A stretch of DNA of 64,000 nt, taken from the human T2T-CHM13v2.0 reference genome, Homo sapiens. Positions 20,113-42,545 of the stretch are shown piece by piece. The DNA is taken from NCBI RefSeq assembly GCF_009914755.1, contig NC_060927.1; one strand, 5' to 3'. Each line of letters opens with the position of its first letter. The first letter of the stretch is position 1. Both the position numbers and the translations under genes were made by a program. The notes under the pieces were generated by a model. That model saw only the letters and a list, made by a program, of their open reading frames with translations, did not search any database and was not told where the DNA came from.

Positions 20113-20265
20113 CCAGTGCTCCTCAAACTTTAATGTGCATGGGAATCTCCTGGGGAAGCTGGTTAAAATGCTGATTATGAATCAGGTGGTCTGAGGTGGA
20201 AGCTGAGAGTTTGCATTTCTGACAAACTCCCAAGTGATGCTATGCTAGTCCACAGACCACATTCC
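20113..20265. mobile_element. MER5-like hAT element
   Basis: CAGTGCTCCTCAAACTTTAATGTGCAT...TGCATTTCTGACAAACTCCCAAGTGATGC...CAGACCACA. Confidence 0.75.
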
Positions 20266-20507
20266 AATTCAGACCTGGACAATATATTATTTGTCCCCTT
20301 TGATTTTAGCAGAAAAGACAGAAACAAATAATAATGCTATGTGGTTATTTCTGAAGAAGGAATGCAAAAAAGATGAAGTGGGGAGTGTGCTTCTAAGAAA
20401 GGTGCAAGCCCAGGAGTTGATCATGAAGGGCATTAGACGAATGAGAACAGGACACTGACTGTAGTAGGCAGAAGGGCGAGCTATGTACAGAATTAAGAAC
20501 AAGGTCA

Positions 20508-20617
20508 TGGGTACAGGGCATACTGCTTGGGTGATGACTACACCAAAATCTCACAAATCACCATTAAAGAACTTATGTAATCAAACACCACCTGTTCCAC
20601 AAAAACCTATGAAAAAA
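20508..20617 (+). mobile_element. Extremely 5'-truncated L1 (L1PB-like 3' end)
   Basis: CACCAAAATCTCACAAATCACC..TAAAGAACTTA...A-tail; TSD AAGA(A/G)CAAGGTCA at 20495 and 20618. Confidence 0.8.
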
Positions 20618-20971
20618 AAGAGCAAGGTCAATTACTTGGTGGCCTTGGCGTTTCGCAGCCAAAGTGGGCTCATGCAGGAACTGTCTCAACTCAGTGTTTC
20701 TGTTGTGGCTTTATTTTAAAATTTATTTATTGGGTTCTCATCACCAGCACCTCTTAAAGACTTCCTGCTGCCTGCTGTAGCTTTAATATCTGAAAACTTT
20801 CCTGAAGTTTTGGTTTTGTCTAAAACCATGAGCATATGTGGCCTGCATTGATATTTTTGATCTTTTCAAATTTCCATGGGTGAGATGTAGCACCACTTCC
20901 AAGTGGGATTTGAGTGTTTCCTGGTCACTTTCATGACCCAACAAGAGAAAGAGAAAATTTATTTTAACGTC

Positions 20972-21270
20972 TTTTTTTTTTTTTGAGACAGGGTCTCACT
21001 CTGCCACGTAGGCTGGAGTGCAGTGGCATGATCGTAGCTCACTGCAGACTCAACCTCCCTGGGCTCAGGTGATCCTCCTACATCAGCCTCTTGAGTAGCT
21101 GGGACTACAGGCATGCGCCAGTACACTATTATTATTATTATTTGTATTCTTTGTAGAGATAGGGTTTCACCTTGTTGCCCAGGCTGTTCTCAAACTCCTG
21201 AGCCCAAGCAATTTGCCCGCCTTGCTTCCCAAAGTGCTGAGATTATAGGCATGGGCCACCATGCCTGGCT
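20972..21270 (-). mobile_element. Alu (AluJ-like)
   Basis: Diverged full Alu reverse complement. Confidence 0.9.
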
Positions 21271-22229
21271 GAAAGTGTTCATTTTTATGTATCCATTCAT
21301 TCAGTAAATATTTAGAGGGTTACCAACTGGGTGTCAGGCATTGGGCTAGGTGCTGGGCCTATGACACACAGAATTTGTCCTTCAGGAGTTACTTATTGTG
21401 TGTGTGCACAAGTGCATGTGTGTGTATGCATGTGTTGGGGGCCTAGGGATGAGGGCAGTGAACCAAAATTACAGAGAAGTTCAGAAAAACTACTTTCTTG
21501 GAGTAGTTGCGGACCCAGAGCAGGACAGTTCATAGACTGGGGCACTGGTAGGGTGGGATTGGCTTCCTGGAGGAAGTGTCAGTGGCTGCTAAGAACTCTT
21601 GGCAGGGCAGAGTGGGGTGGGGTGAAGCTTCTTGTAGTGGAGAAACTGAAAGCAGTTGTGGAAGCTTGGAGGTGGGCCAACTGAGCCAGACCTTTGTTGC
21701 CTAGGGCCACCGGCTGGGGTGCGTGGCCAAGAGGGCACTGAGGAGTGCAGGAATCTTAACCTGGAGAGTGACATTATCTCAGATTTGCTTTTTTTAAAAA
21801 AAAAAAAATTTAACTGGACTTGATTGGGTACGAGGGAGTGTAAGAGAGCAAAATCTGTGGTTCTCTCTCAGCTTGTTTCTGCACTTAATATGAGCAAGCC
21901 CAAAAGGACAGATTGCTCTACCTTTGCCACAGGCCCCTTGGCAAGTTAGATTAGAGAGATTAGAGAATGAGGAGGGATCTAGAAAGAGATAAGGTAGTTC
22001 ACTGGGGGGCTTTTGAAAGAAAAACAGGTCCCAGGCCTGATATAAATCTGGCCTTTAAACTTCACAAACGAAACCAAAAAAGAAGGGAGCTAAGTCAGCC
22101 AGGGTGACGTGCCACACCCCAGAGAATAGAAAAAGAAAAAAAAAAAGAAAAAAGAAAAGAAACAAACAAACTTGTTTCGCAGGATCCAGATCTTTGAACT
22201 GTGTCCTGGTAAAGGTTGCTTCAGAGTCA

Positions 22230-22512
<283 letters not shown>

Positions 22513-23077
22513 GTAGATCTGACCATGTTATACCCACACTTCAGGCCCTTTAATTTCTCTTTATTGTGGTCCACAAGGCCCTGCATGGCCTGGCTACTGC
22601 TATCTGTGGCTCCTTATCGAGGGTTCAGGCACATGGTTTCCTTTCACCTAGTCGGGGGTGAGGTGGGGTGAGGGGCTTTGCACATGCTGTTCACTGGGAC
22701 TGGAAGCTCTTCTTTCCACATTTTAAAATTAACTCCCAACCCTTCCTATAGAACTCAGATTCCTTGCCTTTCCTTTACCCCCCTGAGCAGCCTTCCCATT
22801 AGAAATTATCCAAATTCATCTGTACTCTTCCTGGTGCTTATATTATGATTTTTATGATTTGTATGATTATTTGATGTGCATTTAGAATCTTTGAATAGAT
22901 TCTTAGCCATGCGGTTATTGACTAAGCGAATGAACCAGAGAAGAGAAAATGGAAGAAATGATTAGCTGTGATGTTAGCAGTTGTGGAATTTTAACTTAAT
23001 CACTTCTTGACAACTAAGTAGAGATTTGTCATATAGGACAGTTCTAGGTGTCCCACAGATATTGATAGGATTGGGTT

Positions 23078-23385
23078 ATTTATTTATTTATTTTTTTGAG
23101 ACAGGGTCTCGCTCTGTCACCCTGGCAGGAGTACAGTGGCGTGATCTTGGCTCACTGCAACCTGTACCTCCCAGGCTCAAGTGATCCTTCCACCTTAGCC
23201 TCCTGAGTAGCTGAGACCACAGGCATGCACCACCATACTTGGCTAATTTTTGTATTTTTTTTGGTAGAGATGGGGTTTCGCCATGTTTGCCAGGCTGGTT
23301 TCCAACTCCTGGGCTCAAGCAATCTGCCTGCCTCCACCTCCCAAAGCGCTGGGATTACAGGTGTGAGCCACTGCACCTGGCCTAT

Positions 23386-23424
<39 letters not shown>

Positions 23425-23577
23425 TTTTAGAGACAGGGTCTTGCTCTGTTGCCCAGGATGGGGTACACTGGCACGATCATAGCTCACTGCAGCCTTGAAC
23501 TCCTTGACTCAGGTGATCCTCCCACCTCAGCCTCTTGGGTAGCTGGGACTATAGGCCTGCACCACCATGCCTGCTTG
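23078..23577 (-). mobile_element. Alu plus FRAM/right-arm monomer with (TTTA)n between
   Basis: Shared TSD GGATTGGGTT at 23068 and 23578. Confidence 0.88.
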
Positions 23578-23744
23578 GGATTGGGTTTTTAATGTTATAA
23601 AAGAAACCCCAAGTGAATGTATGAGTAGGCCAAATCCAAATCTTCTTGAATTAAAGTATATCATCTACTAACTTCAAAAGAGAAACAAAACCCATTGACT
23701 AACCCTTCCTAAAGGAGCAGGCCATTTATATTAATACGTAAGAG

Positions 23745-24130
23745 GAGGCAATAGGGTATAGTGGCTAAGAACATGGGCTTCAGAGTTCAGGCTAATCTGA
23801 ATTCAAATTTTGGGATATCCAGCTCTGCAACCTTGGATAAGGATTTCATTTAAGCCTTTATTTCCCTGTCTGTAAAGGAATGATGTTAGCCGCCTCATGG
23901 CATAACAGTGAGGATTTAAAATGGGCTGTATTAGACATCCAGCATGGTGTCTTGCCCATGGCAAGCCCTCAGAAGGTAGGGGAGACGCTGTTAACTTGAA
24001 AGTCAAGTAAGAGCAACAGACTCAGTCCTGAATCCACCCCAGCTCTGCCACTTGTGTGATCTTAGGCACAGGTCACTTAGTTTTTCTCTGAGCCTCAATG
24101 ACTGCATGTATAAAGTGGTGATCATGACTT
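23745..24130 (+). mobile_element. MIR elements
   Basis: MIR core motifs (CCAGCTCTGCCACTT.TGTGATCTTAGGCA; CTCTGAGCCTCA). Confidence 0.7.
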
Positions 24131-24357
24131 CAACCTTAAAGTTAAAAGAAAAAAGTGTCCCCAGAATTCCTAGAACATAAAGATGCTAGGTTAATGCTGG
24201 CTAAATAAACGGAATTGCCTGGTGCTTTACTCGTATATCAGAGTCAGTGGCCACAAAGCATTTATGGAGAACCCAGTTGCTTGGGTTCTCGGCAAGGTGC
24301 CACATTTAAGGAGTTTCATGGGTACAGGACTATAAAATTAGTCTTAATTGAAAAAAT

Positions 24358-24640
24358 AGGCCCAGGGCATGGTGGCTTGTGCCTGTAATCCCAGCAGTTT
24401 GGGTGGCCAAGGCAGACGGATCACTTGAGCTCACGAGTTCGAGACCAGCCTGGGCAACATGGTGAAACCCTGTCTCTACAAAAATTACGAAAATTAGCCG
24501 GGCATGATGGTGTGTGCCTGTAGTCCCTAGCTACTCAGGAGGTTGAGGTGGGAGGATGGCTTGAGCCTGGGAGGCAGAAGTTACAGTGAGCTGAGATCAT
24601 GCCACTGCACTAGACCTTGTCTCAAAATAATAATAATAAT
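24358..24640 (+). mobile_element. Alu
   Basis: Alu consensus with (AAT)n tail. Confidence 0.9.
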
Positions 24641-24854
24641 GATTTATAATCTAGAAGTAGCACTGGTTGTAGAATATACAGAGAGCAGAGGTAGATGTGC
24701 CACCACAAAACAAAAAGCATCCTCTGTTGGCTAAGGGCTGGTGGGTGGGGCACTAGAACAAGCCTTATAGTTGGAGAGCGCCCCCAACACCTTTGTATTT
24801 GTCAGTCACTCCCCCAGAGAGCAAATTGTCTTTTTCATTTGTCAGCATTTAGAG

Positions 24855-25077
24855 CAGTGGCTCTCACCCAGGAGCTATTTAACCTCCCAAGGGACATTTG
24901 ACAATGTCTGGAGACATTTTCAATCTTTGCAGTTGGGAGGAGGGAATGCAACTGGCAACTAGTGAGTGGAGGCCAGTAATGTTGCTATACATCCCACAAT
25001 GCACAGGACAACTCCCCCCAACGAATGATTATCTGGTCCAAAATATTAATAGAATTAACAGAAGTTGAGAAAGCCTG
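24855..25077 (+). mobile_element. MER20 DNA transposon
   Basis: CAGTGGCTCTCA...GGGACATTTGACAATGTCTGGAGACATTTT...CCACAATGCACAGGACA...GTTGAGAAAGCCTG. Confidence 0.85.
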
Positions 25078-25141
25078 TTTTAGACAAATACCTTTGCAGC
25101 ACAGAAAGAAAAAACATCAATGGTTTTTGTTTTGCCCCCCC

Positions 25142-25980
<839 letters not shown>

Positions 25981-26940
25981 ATGAATACCTTTTTAAAGTG
26001 ATATTTTGTATCAAATTGGTTGTTGGTTTGCAAACAGAAACTAAATTAGAAATATCTTTTTGGCAAGGCTTCAGATAGGCAATATTGTCACAGCAAAGTA
26101 CAAAGCATGGAGGGAGGTGGATAAGATGTTGTTTTAAAAGATCAGTCTTTAGCCACATAAGTTTATTGCATACAATTGTATCCTGTGGTGACTTCTCTAA
26201 AATGCGGTAAGTGTCATAAAGCCAAGCATACAAAGGAAAAAATGTTTCATTTGGCAGGCACAATACAAAAAGCCTGAGAGAAAGATGTCCAAATTTAATT
26301 CTGTATCCTCAGAAATTTTCAGGGAAGATGGAAATTCAAGCCTGCAAAGCCTTCAGATTGCAATTTGTAGTTTTATATAACTGAGAAAGTGTTTTACAGG
26401 GCAAAACAGCAAAATCTGCTGAGGACTGTTTTGTTTTAGGAAGTGTGTGCTTGGAAATAGCGATTTGTGATATAGCACTGTTTAAGGTTTTTGTTTTGTT
26501 TTGTTTTTAAAAATCATCTGGCAGATTTAAACCCAGTTGCCTCGGTGTTAGCCAGATTTAATTCTGCGGTTGTTAAGTAAATCCATAGGGTCTGATCCAT
26601 CATGGTGACTATGGAGGGTGAAATATAAACTTTCCTGTAAGATGCCTGGGAGCAGTCAGCACATCTGCTTCTCAGATGAATACTCCGTGTAGTGCCAATA
26701 AAATTAGGATTTTCAAGGCTCAGTGGCTTCTGATTTAGTTAGTCTGTCGTTAAGAGAAAAGTGGCTATTTAGGAAAAATTGTCAACAGTTTCCTACTCTT
26801 GCATGCTGCTTTTCTGCTGTGGTCATCTGATTCAAACGGGGAATTAGAACAGGCACATTGGCTACTCACACATGGGGAGAGAAGGAGGGGAATCCTTGCT
26901 TCTTTCCCTCTATGCTGGGTGCCTTTGGGCAGCGCCCCCC

Positions 26941-27225
26941 TTTTCTTTTTTTTGAGACGGAGTCTTGCTCTGTCGCCAGGCTGGAGTGCAGTGGCGTGCA
27001 CTGCAACCTCCACCTCCCAGGTTGAAGTGATTCTCCTGCCTCAGCCTTCCGAGTAGTTGAGACTACAGGCCCCCGCCACCACGCCCGGCTAATTTTTGTA
27101 TTTTTAGTAGAGACGGGGTTTCACCATGTTGCCCAAGATGGTCTCGATTTCTTGACCTCGTGATCCGCCCACCTTGGCCTCTCAAAGTGCTGGGATTACA
27201 GGTGTGAGCCACCGCGCCTGGCCGG
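26941..27225 (-). mobile_element. Alu (followed by MIR fragments to ~27600)
   Basis: Alu reverse complement. Confidence 0.92.
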
Positions 27226-27915
27226 GCATCGCCTTAACTGCCTAGTTTCAGTTTCCTCCTTGGTGAAGTAGGAGTCCAGGTGCCACCTCATTGACTTATT
27301 GTGAAGATTAAATACTTCAGGATATATGAAAGTTCTTGGAACCTAGGCATTCCACAAATGTCTATTTAATTTTATTTGTAAAAAACGTTCCATTGGTATT
27401 AGCAGTTTGTGTGTTTGCCAAAGTGTTATGTCTCACGACATTTGATTCTTCTACCCGGGGTAAGTGGAAGGTAAGGGAGGTCATTTTACTAGCAGGGAAC
27501 TGAGACTCAAAGAGGTTAAGTGACTTCTTCAAGCTACAGTGGTTACTCATGAAAGCGTCTGCCCAAGTAGATCCTCTTTCCTATGCACCATTTTGCCTCC
27601 TCTTCCAAAACTTTCGCATGGGGTAGAGGGGGTCGCTTTTCTTCCAAATGGTTTCTTGAGAGGATTACATTTGTTTTAGGCATTCTGCTGTCGTTTGAAA
27701 TTTATTGTACTCCAATTGAGAGGTATGTTCAAAGGATTTTCTAGTCCATTGAACCTGTGCAGGCCATAAAGTAAACAAAATAAGCATTCTTTATTACTGG
27801 CCCAGGACAGACATATACATGCTCTTGATTGTTTTAAAGTTGACAATCAAGACTGGTCACTGTGCTGGCCCAATAGAATTCTCTGTTGAAGAAAGATGAA
27901 AGAGACACCTACTCA

Positions 27916-28302
<387 letters not shown>

Positions 28303-28771
28303 TTATATAAGACGGTTCACACAACAGTATCTCAACATGATAAAAAGGAGTCATTAAAAAAAACTTTTAGTTGCATTACACATAAAGGGCTCAAATCATG
28401 TTTATAGCGCAATTAATTTTTACATGTGTATACATCTATGCAACTGCCACCTAGATAAAGCTGTAGGACATTTTCAGCATCTCAGAGGGTTCTCTTGTGC
28501 CTCCTCCCCACTCCTGGTAATCCTTATTCTGACTTCTATTACCAGAGATTAGTTTTGTCTGTTCTTAAACTTTACATAAATTGAGTCATATGGTATGAAT
28601 TATTTGTGTCTGGGTTCTTTCACTCAACATTATGTCTGTCAGATGCATCTATATTATTGCATATAGCAGTAGTTTGTAAAGACACATGTTTTTAAATTAA
28701 AAAATTAAAACATTGCCAGCAATTTTCAGGAGGAAGTCATTGGATGTGGACAACCTCATGGGATGAATCTT

Positions 28772-28877
28772 TTTTTTTTTTTTTTGAGACGGAGTCTCGC
28801 TCTGTCACCCAGACTGGAGTGCAGTGGCATGATCTCGGCTCACTGCAGGATCTGCCTCCTGGGGTCATGCCATTCTA
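28772..28877 (-). mobile_element. 5'-truncated Alu
   Basis: Only 3' ~90 nt plus tail; TSD ATGGGATGAATCTT at 28758 and 28878. Confidence 0.88.
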
Positions 28878-28975
28878 TGGGATGAATCTTTAACTAAGCT
28901 TTTGAAAGAAAGGATGGGAATTTGATAGTCATATTTGGAAGAACCCAGGAGGGCAGGAATGTGGATAAGAAATCA

Positions 28976-29473
<498 letters not shown>

Positions 29474-30624
29474 TCATGTGAAATCCTGTTGCCACTTGTC
29501 CCTGGTTCTGGAAGATGACTAGAGTTGCTATACGTTGTAGTCGGTGAGCCATGCAGAACCATACATGTTGAGAGTGATGGCAGCTTTCCTAAAAGGCTGG
29601 CAGAGCCCAGTACATAAAGCTCCAGTGGGCAATGCCACCTTTCTTATGTGGGCCTAGTTGATAGAGATGTTGGAAAGAGAACATTCAGTCCTGTGTTCTC
29701 TAGAACTACTTGCTGAGGCCATTAAATGCCACCCTCTCCCCAGGAATGACAGTGAGAAGCAAAGATTACTCTACAGCTCCACAAAGATTTTTCATAACAA
29801 CTGTCCCTGAAAAGTAGTATTGAATATATGATGAGCTCGTTATTTAATGGCTGATTCATTTGAACCATCCACTTATAAATTAGTCTTTTCCGTAATTGGT
29901 ATATTTAACAAAATGGGAATTTACTTAAAGATTGTGTGTTTGCACACATGGGGTGTTATATCTATTGCCATTTATTTATTCATTTAACATTAAATTCCAT
30001 GGGCTGCTTTGGAAGATTTCTGCTCAGGTACCTCCTGTTCAAACTTCTTAAGATAATTTATCACCTAGTTATAATTGAAATGGAATCAAGTCTTTTATAA
30101 TTTTGAATCACATTCATCTCTAGCATCTAATTGTGCATGTGGTTACCTGCTGCTTTGCACACTTTTCTCTGCCATGTATCTCTGTGTCTTGTTCTCAAAG
30201 CCTCATTCCAGTCTGTTCTTAAATGCCAGCTTCTCAGAGAAGCCTTCCTGACTCTCCGGTCTAAAGTAGCAGCACCCCATCTATCACTCTATAATCTTAT
30301 CTTGTTTTGTTTTCCTTTACTGCACTTCTTAATATTTGGAAATTATGTTTTAAAAAATGATTTCCTATCTGTTTTCCTTATGACAATAGAAGCTCCATGA
30401 AGCGGAGATTTGGGTTCATGGAGCCCATAAGGCCTCAGCCCATAGGAGAAACAGACAAGTTGTACTGGGGATTAAATTCCATTAAATTTTCCATTAAATT
30501 CATATCTCGGGTGGATCATACCTTGCACATAGTAGGCACTTGATAAATATTTGTTGAATAAATTGGTAATTTGATATTCACAGGCTTTGTGAGATTGGTG
30601 GAAAGGAAACTGTATTGTAAAGAT

Positions 30625-32480
<1,856 letters not shown>

Positions 32481-33199
32481 GGAGATGGATGCATTTATTT
32501 TGGAAAAAAGTGTGAATAATGTCTCTAATGGTCCACTTGGAACAATACATCACCTAATATCAGGAGGAGGTTTAGGGTAATCTTGTCAGTAACCTCAGGG
32601 CAAGTTGTATGGGGTTGCTTCCATTAAATTCCATGCCATCCTAATCAGTCCCCATGCGTTGTGTACTCTTGGCTTGTGCAGCCTTTTGCGAGGTTTGTGT
32701 GGTATGCAGGAGGTTCCAGAAGTACAAGGATGAGACCTGAGTAATATCATAGTGATTGATGGTGGCAGTGCCAATTTGCATCAGCTCTGACAAGCTGGTG
32801 TTGAAACTAGATGGCAGAATGCCAAAGATGCCAAGGTCAGCATACTTTGAAATAATGAAGTGAGTCATGTAACCCAGGATTGGCACATACTCACAGGACT
32901 ACCTGACTCATCCCACCTCGAAAGGAACACATCTGTGAGCACCGGTTAGGGGCCTGTGGCCACTTCTCTGCTACATGTGCAAAAGGAAGCAAAAGCCACA
33001 AGGAGCCCTTTTCTTGTTGAGGAGACAGATATTAAGTGAAAGAAAAATTAAAATGAATAATCAAGCATGAAGTCAATGCAGAGAGAAACCATTGTGAGCC
33101 AGGGGGAGGTGAAAGGGTGGGAGAGAGACCCAGCCCAGATAGAGGGAACAGAGTAAAACCAAGCAGAGAAGCAAAACTGTTGTGAGCCAGACGTGAGAG

Positions 33200-35480
33200 T
33201 AGTTTAGAACATGGACCTGGGCACCAGACTGCCTGGGTTTGAACCCTGATGTGTGACTATGGGGAGGTTACTTATGCTTTACAAGCCTCAGATTTCGCAG
33301 CTGTAATGTGGAGACAGTGATATATGTCAACTTTTTCCGTTTACTCAACAAATTGTTATTTAATGTGCCAGGTGTTGATTTAGATGCTGGTGATACAGTG
33401 ACAGATGGGTCCTTATTCTTGCAGAGCTTGCTTTCTGGTAGCAGAAGCAGACAATAAGCCAGAAAATAACAGAAAGTGGTAAGTGCCTCGCAGAGAATGA
33501 AAACAGAGAATTAAATGAGAATGCCTGGGGAATTCCTCTAGATACATGCCCAGGAAATCCTTCTGCAGAAGGGACACGGACCGAGGCCTGCATGATAAGA
33601 AGTGAGGAAGAGGGTGCCGTGCAAAGACTCTGGGGCCAGAAGTGGCTTGTCGTGTGTGAGGCCTGTCAGGAGACCTGTGTGGCTAGATGGAGGTGGGTGG
33701 GGTGGGGGGTATGAGTGTAGGAGATTAGGTGGAAGGGATAAATGGGGGCCAGATTGCCAACATATAATTTTTACACAGTGATGTCAAGATCTTTAGTTCT
33801 GATACGTTTCAACAAATACGTATCAAGACAGAACTTTTCCATCCCCCTAGAAAATTTCTGCCTGCTCCTTGCCATTCAAGTCTCTCTCCCTTGGAAGCAA
33901 GCACTGATCTGATTTGTGTCACTTTAAGTTAATTTAGCTATTTTTCATATAAATGTTACCACATAGTACATACTGTTCTTTCACTCAGTATATTTTTGAG
34001 ATTAATCCGTGGTGTTGGATGCATTGGTAGTTAATTTCTATTTATTGCTGAGGAGTATTCTGCTGTATGGACGTACTAGTTTGTTTATCTGTTGACTTGT
34101 TATGGACATCTGGGCTGTTTCCAGTGAATTCAAATTAGATTTCCGGTTTGAAGTGACCCCTCTGGCTGCTCTGAGAAGAATAAAGTATATGAGAGAAACA
34201 GTAGATAAAGAGGGCCAGTTGGAAGTTATTATAGTCTAGGTATGAGTAGATGGTGTCTTGGGCTAGGGTAGCAGGAATGGAGGGGTGAGAATTAGTTTGG
34301 GCTATATTGTAAGGGTAGAGGCAACAGGACTTAATTTGTTACAAGGGAGGTGGTGATGAAAAGACAGAAATGAAGGATAATGTCCAGGTTTTTGGCCTGA
34401 GCAACTGAATGGATGGTAGTTCCATTTACCAAGATAGAGAATACCATAGGAGAAGCAGGTTTGGGTAAGAATAAAGAGTTCTTTGTTGGAGGTGATACAT
34501 TAGATATGTCTGTTAATAGACAAATGCTATTTTGAGGATAAAATGAAATAATGTATTTAGTAACTTGGTATAGAATCTGGGACATTCTGAATGCCTCATA
34601 GATGTCAGTTACTGTTACAATTAAAACAATGCTAAATAATAATTATTGTTTTTAATAAAGAGGCTAACCAACTTGGAGGAAAAGAGAAATACGGTCAAAG
34701 AGAAACTGGGACATAGGGTCTGCTAGGTTAGGAAGAAATGAGTTGATAGAAGGTCTTGAATTTCAGGTAGAAAATTTTGGACTGAATCCATTTGATAATA
34801 GTGTCCTTGCCTTTTAAGAAGGAGGAGGCACAAGGTATTTTAGAATGCCACAGAGGAGTTCTAGGTTTTGATGTTGGCTTCTTGTTCTTTGCCAGCTGAG
34901 TGAACTCAGGCAAGCCACACCCCTTCTCTAAGCATTGAATTACTTGTCCTACAGGGTTGTTGGGAGGGGAACATAACATGATTTGGACTGCAATTGCCTT
35001 GGAAAGTAGTAAACACAAATGCTTGACGTTCTTAAGTGGCATTTTAGAGTACAGTGATGTGAGCTGGTATTAGGAGGAAGGTTGGGAGTGGGAATGTATT
35101 GGAAGAGGGGAGGAAGTATTTCTTCTAGTTGGCTGATAAGGGCCTGAACTGGGGCCCTGGCAATGAGAATGGAGAAGGTATAGATCTGACAGAGTTTGAA
35201 AGAAGAATCAGGTGGCCTGGATGAGGGCATTGAGTGCAGATTAACCTTAGGAGCTGGGAGAAGGACAGTGCCAACAAAGGGAATAGGGTAGTTGAAAAGG
35301 GAGTATTGGGATGGAGGGCAAGCCTTTTTGTAAAACTGACTGGGCAGAAATGCTGGATGTAAGCAGTTAGAAATGAGGGCTGGAAGTTCTGCTTTACAGG
35401 TTGGGCTGGTTATGTGGATGTGAGAGTCATCATCTCAGATAATGACTGATACCATGAGAACGTGAGCTGTCCAAGGAAAC
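33200..35480. mobile_element. Mosaic of ancient MIR, L2 (minus) and L1ME fragments
   Basis: L2 motifs (CCAGGTTTTTGGCCTGAGCAACTGAATGGATGGTAGTTCCATTTAC); L1 motifs (GGACATCTGGGCTGTTTCCAG). Confidence 0.6.
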
Positions 35481-36206
35481 AACGTATAAGGCACTACTTA
35501 TTTTGCTCATCCTGGTTGATTTGGTGCCAAAACAACAGGCGGAAGGGTGAAAAATTCTATTAGTCAGCTGGTTGTCTGAACTGCTCAATGTTAGCCAAGC
35601 AGTTTGACAGATCTTTCCACTGTGTCGAAGTCTGAGCTGACTGCTCTGGCATTTTGACAGATAATTTCTGATAAATTCTGTGTGTGTGTATTAAATGGAA
35701 AGAAATTGTCTTGGATTTAGCATTCCAGGGTACTAGTTTCTAGGCCCCAGTGTCACCCAGGACCTCCTGAGGCCTTTTCAGGGGTAATGCATGCTTAGGT
35801 TTGCTCCTGGAGAGGTCACTCGGATGTAATGAAGGGTCTGGCCAACCCCTAGGCTATTTGGTAACAACTGGAGCCATTCCAGCATCTTCAGAGAGCCTGC
35901 CAAGGGGGTTCCAGACCTTTCAGTCAGCGGGACCTAATTATAATATTTAGCAAAGGGAGGGCAGTTTCTTATTCAACTCCAGCATAAACACAAGGATTTC
36001 TTCCAGACAGGGATGTCATGAAGATTTTCTGTTGATTTGATTTTGGAGTAACCATGGAGAGCATAGATGAGAAGAATTTGAATGAGGTGTTTATTTATAC
36101 CTGGGTTGTTTTGTCTTGGGTCATTTCCTCATGATATGCTTTCCACTCTCTTTCTGTAGCCTTGACCACTCTTTAATATTTGTTTTTTTGATTCCTTGTG
36201 GCTTCA

Positions 36207-36569
<363 letters not shown>

Positions 36570-37197
36570 TTACCTCACTAGTTATCTTTTCTCTCTTACA
36601 ATTCTATTTCTATCTCAATCCCAGGCAATTTTGTTCTCCTGAGGGAACCCTGATCCCCACCCTGTATACTTTCCTCTTTTCACTTGTGTCAGATTTTTAA
36701 AGTTCCCATAGTTTAAAAATCCCAGCTTGAAGTCATAGCATTATGGTATCTTCTGCTGGCCTTCCATGTACAACTGTGTGAACTGGAAGGATTGTCACAC
36801 AGTGGAGGAAGAAAAAGGGCTTGTGTCCCAGGGAAGGATTACTGAACCATTTAATCTGTATATGAAAAGCTAAAGTTAATTCAGGGAGAAGAGAAAGGTG
36901 TTGCTGAAGTCAAACCATCTTTATCTCTTCAAATCTTGGCTACTCAAAGAGTGGTCTTCACCCAGGAACTTTTAGAAATGTAGAATCTCAGGTTCCACCC
37001 GACACCCACTGAATCTTAATCTTCATTTTGATGAGATCTCCAGGTGATTCCTGAGTAGATTGGCGTTTGAGAAGCACTACTCCTAATTACATCAGCATAA
37101 TTCAAACTGCTCATTTCCAAAGAGAAAACTTCTGGCAATCCCAGCTGCTTACAGTGGACTCCAGGTGTTGTTTTTTAAAAATATTATTAAAATATCT

Positions 37198-42545
<5,348 letters not shown>

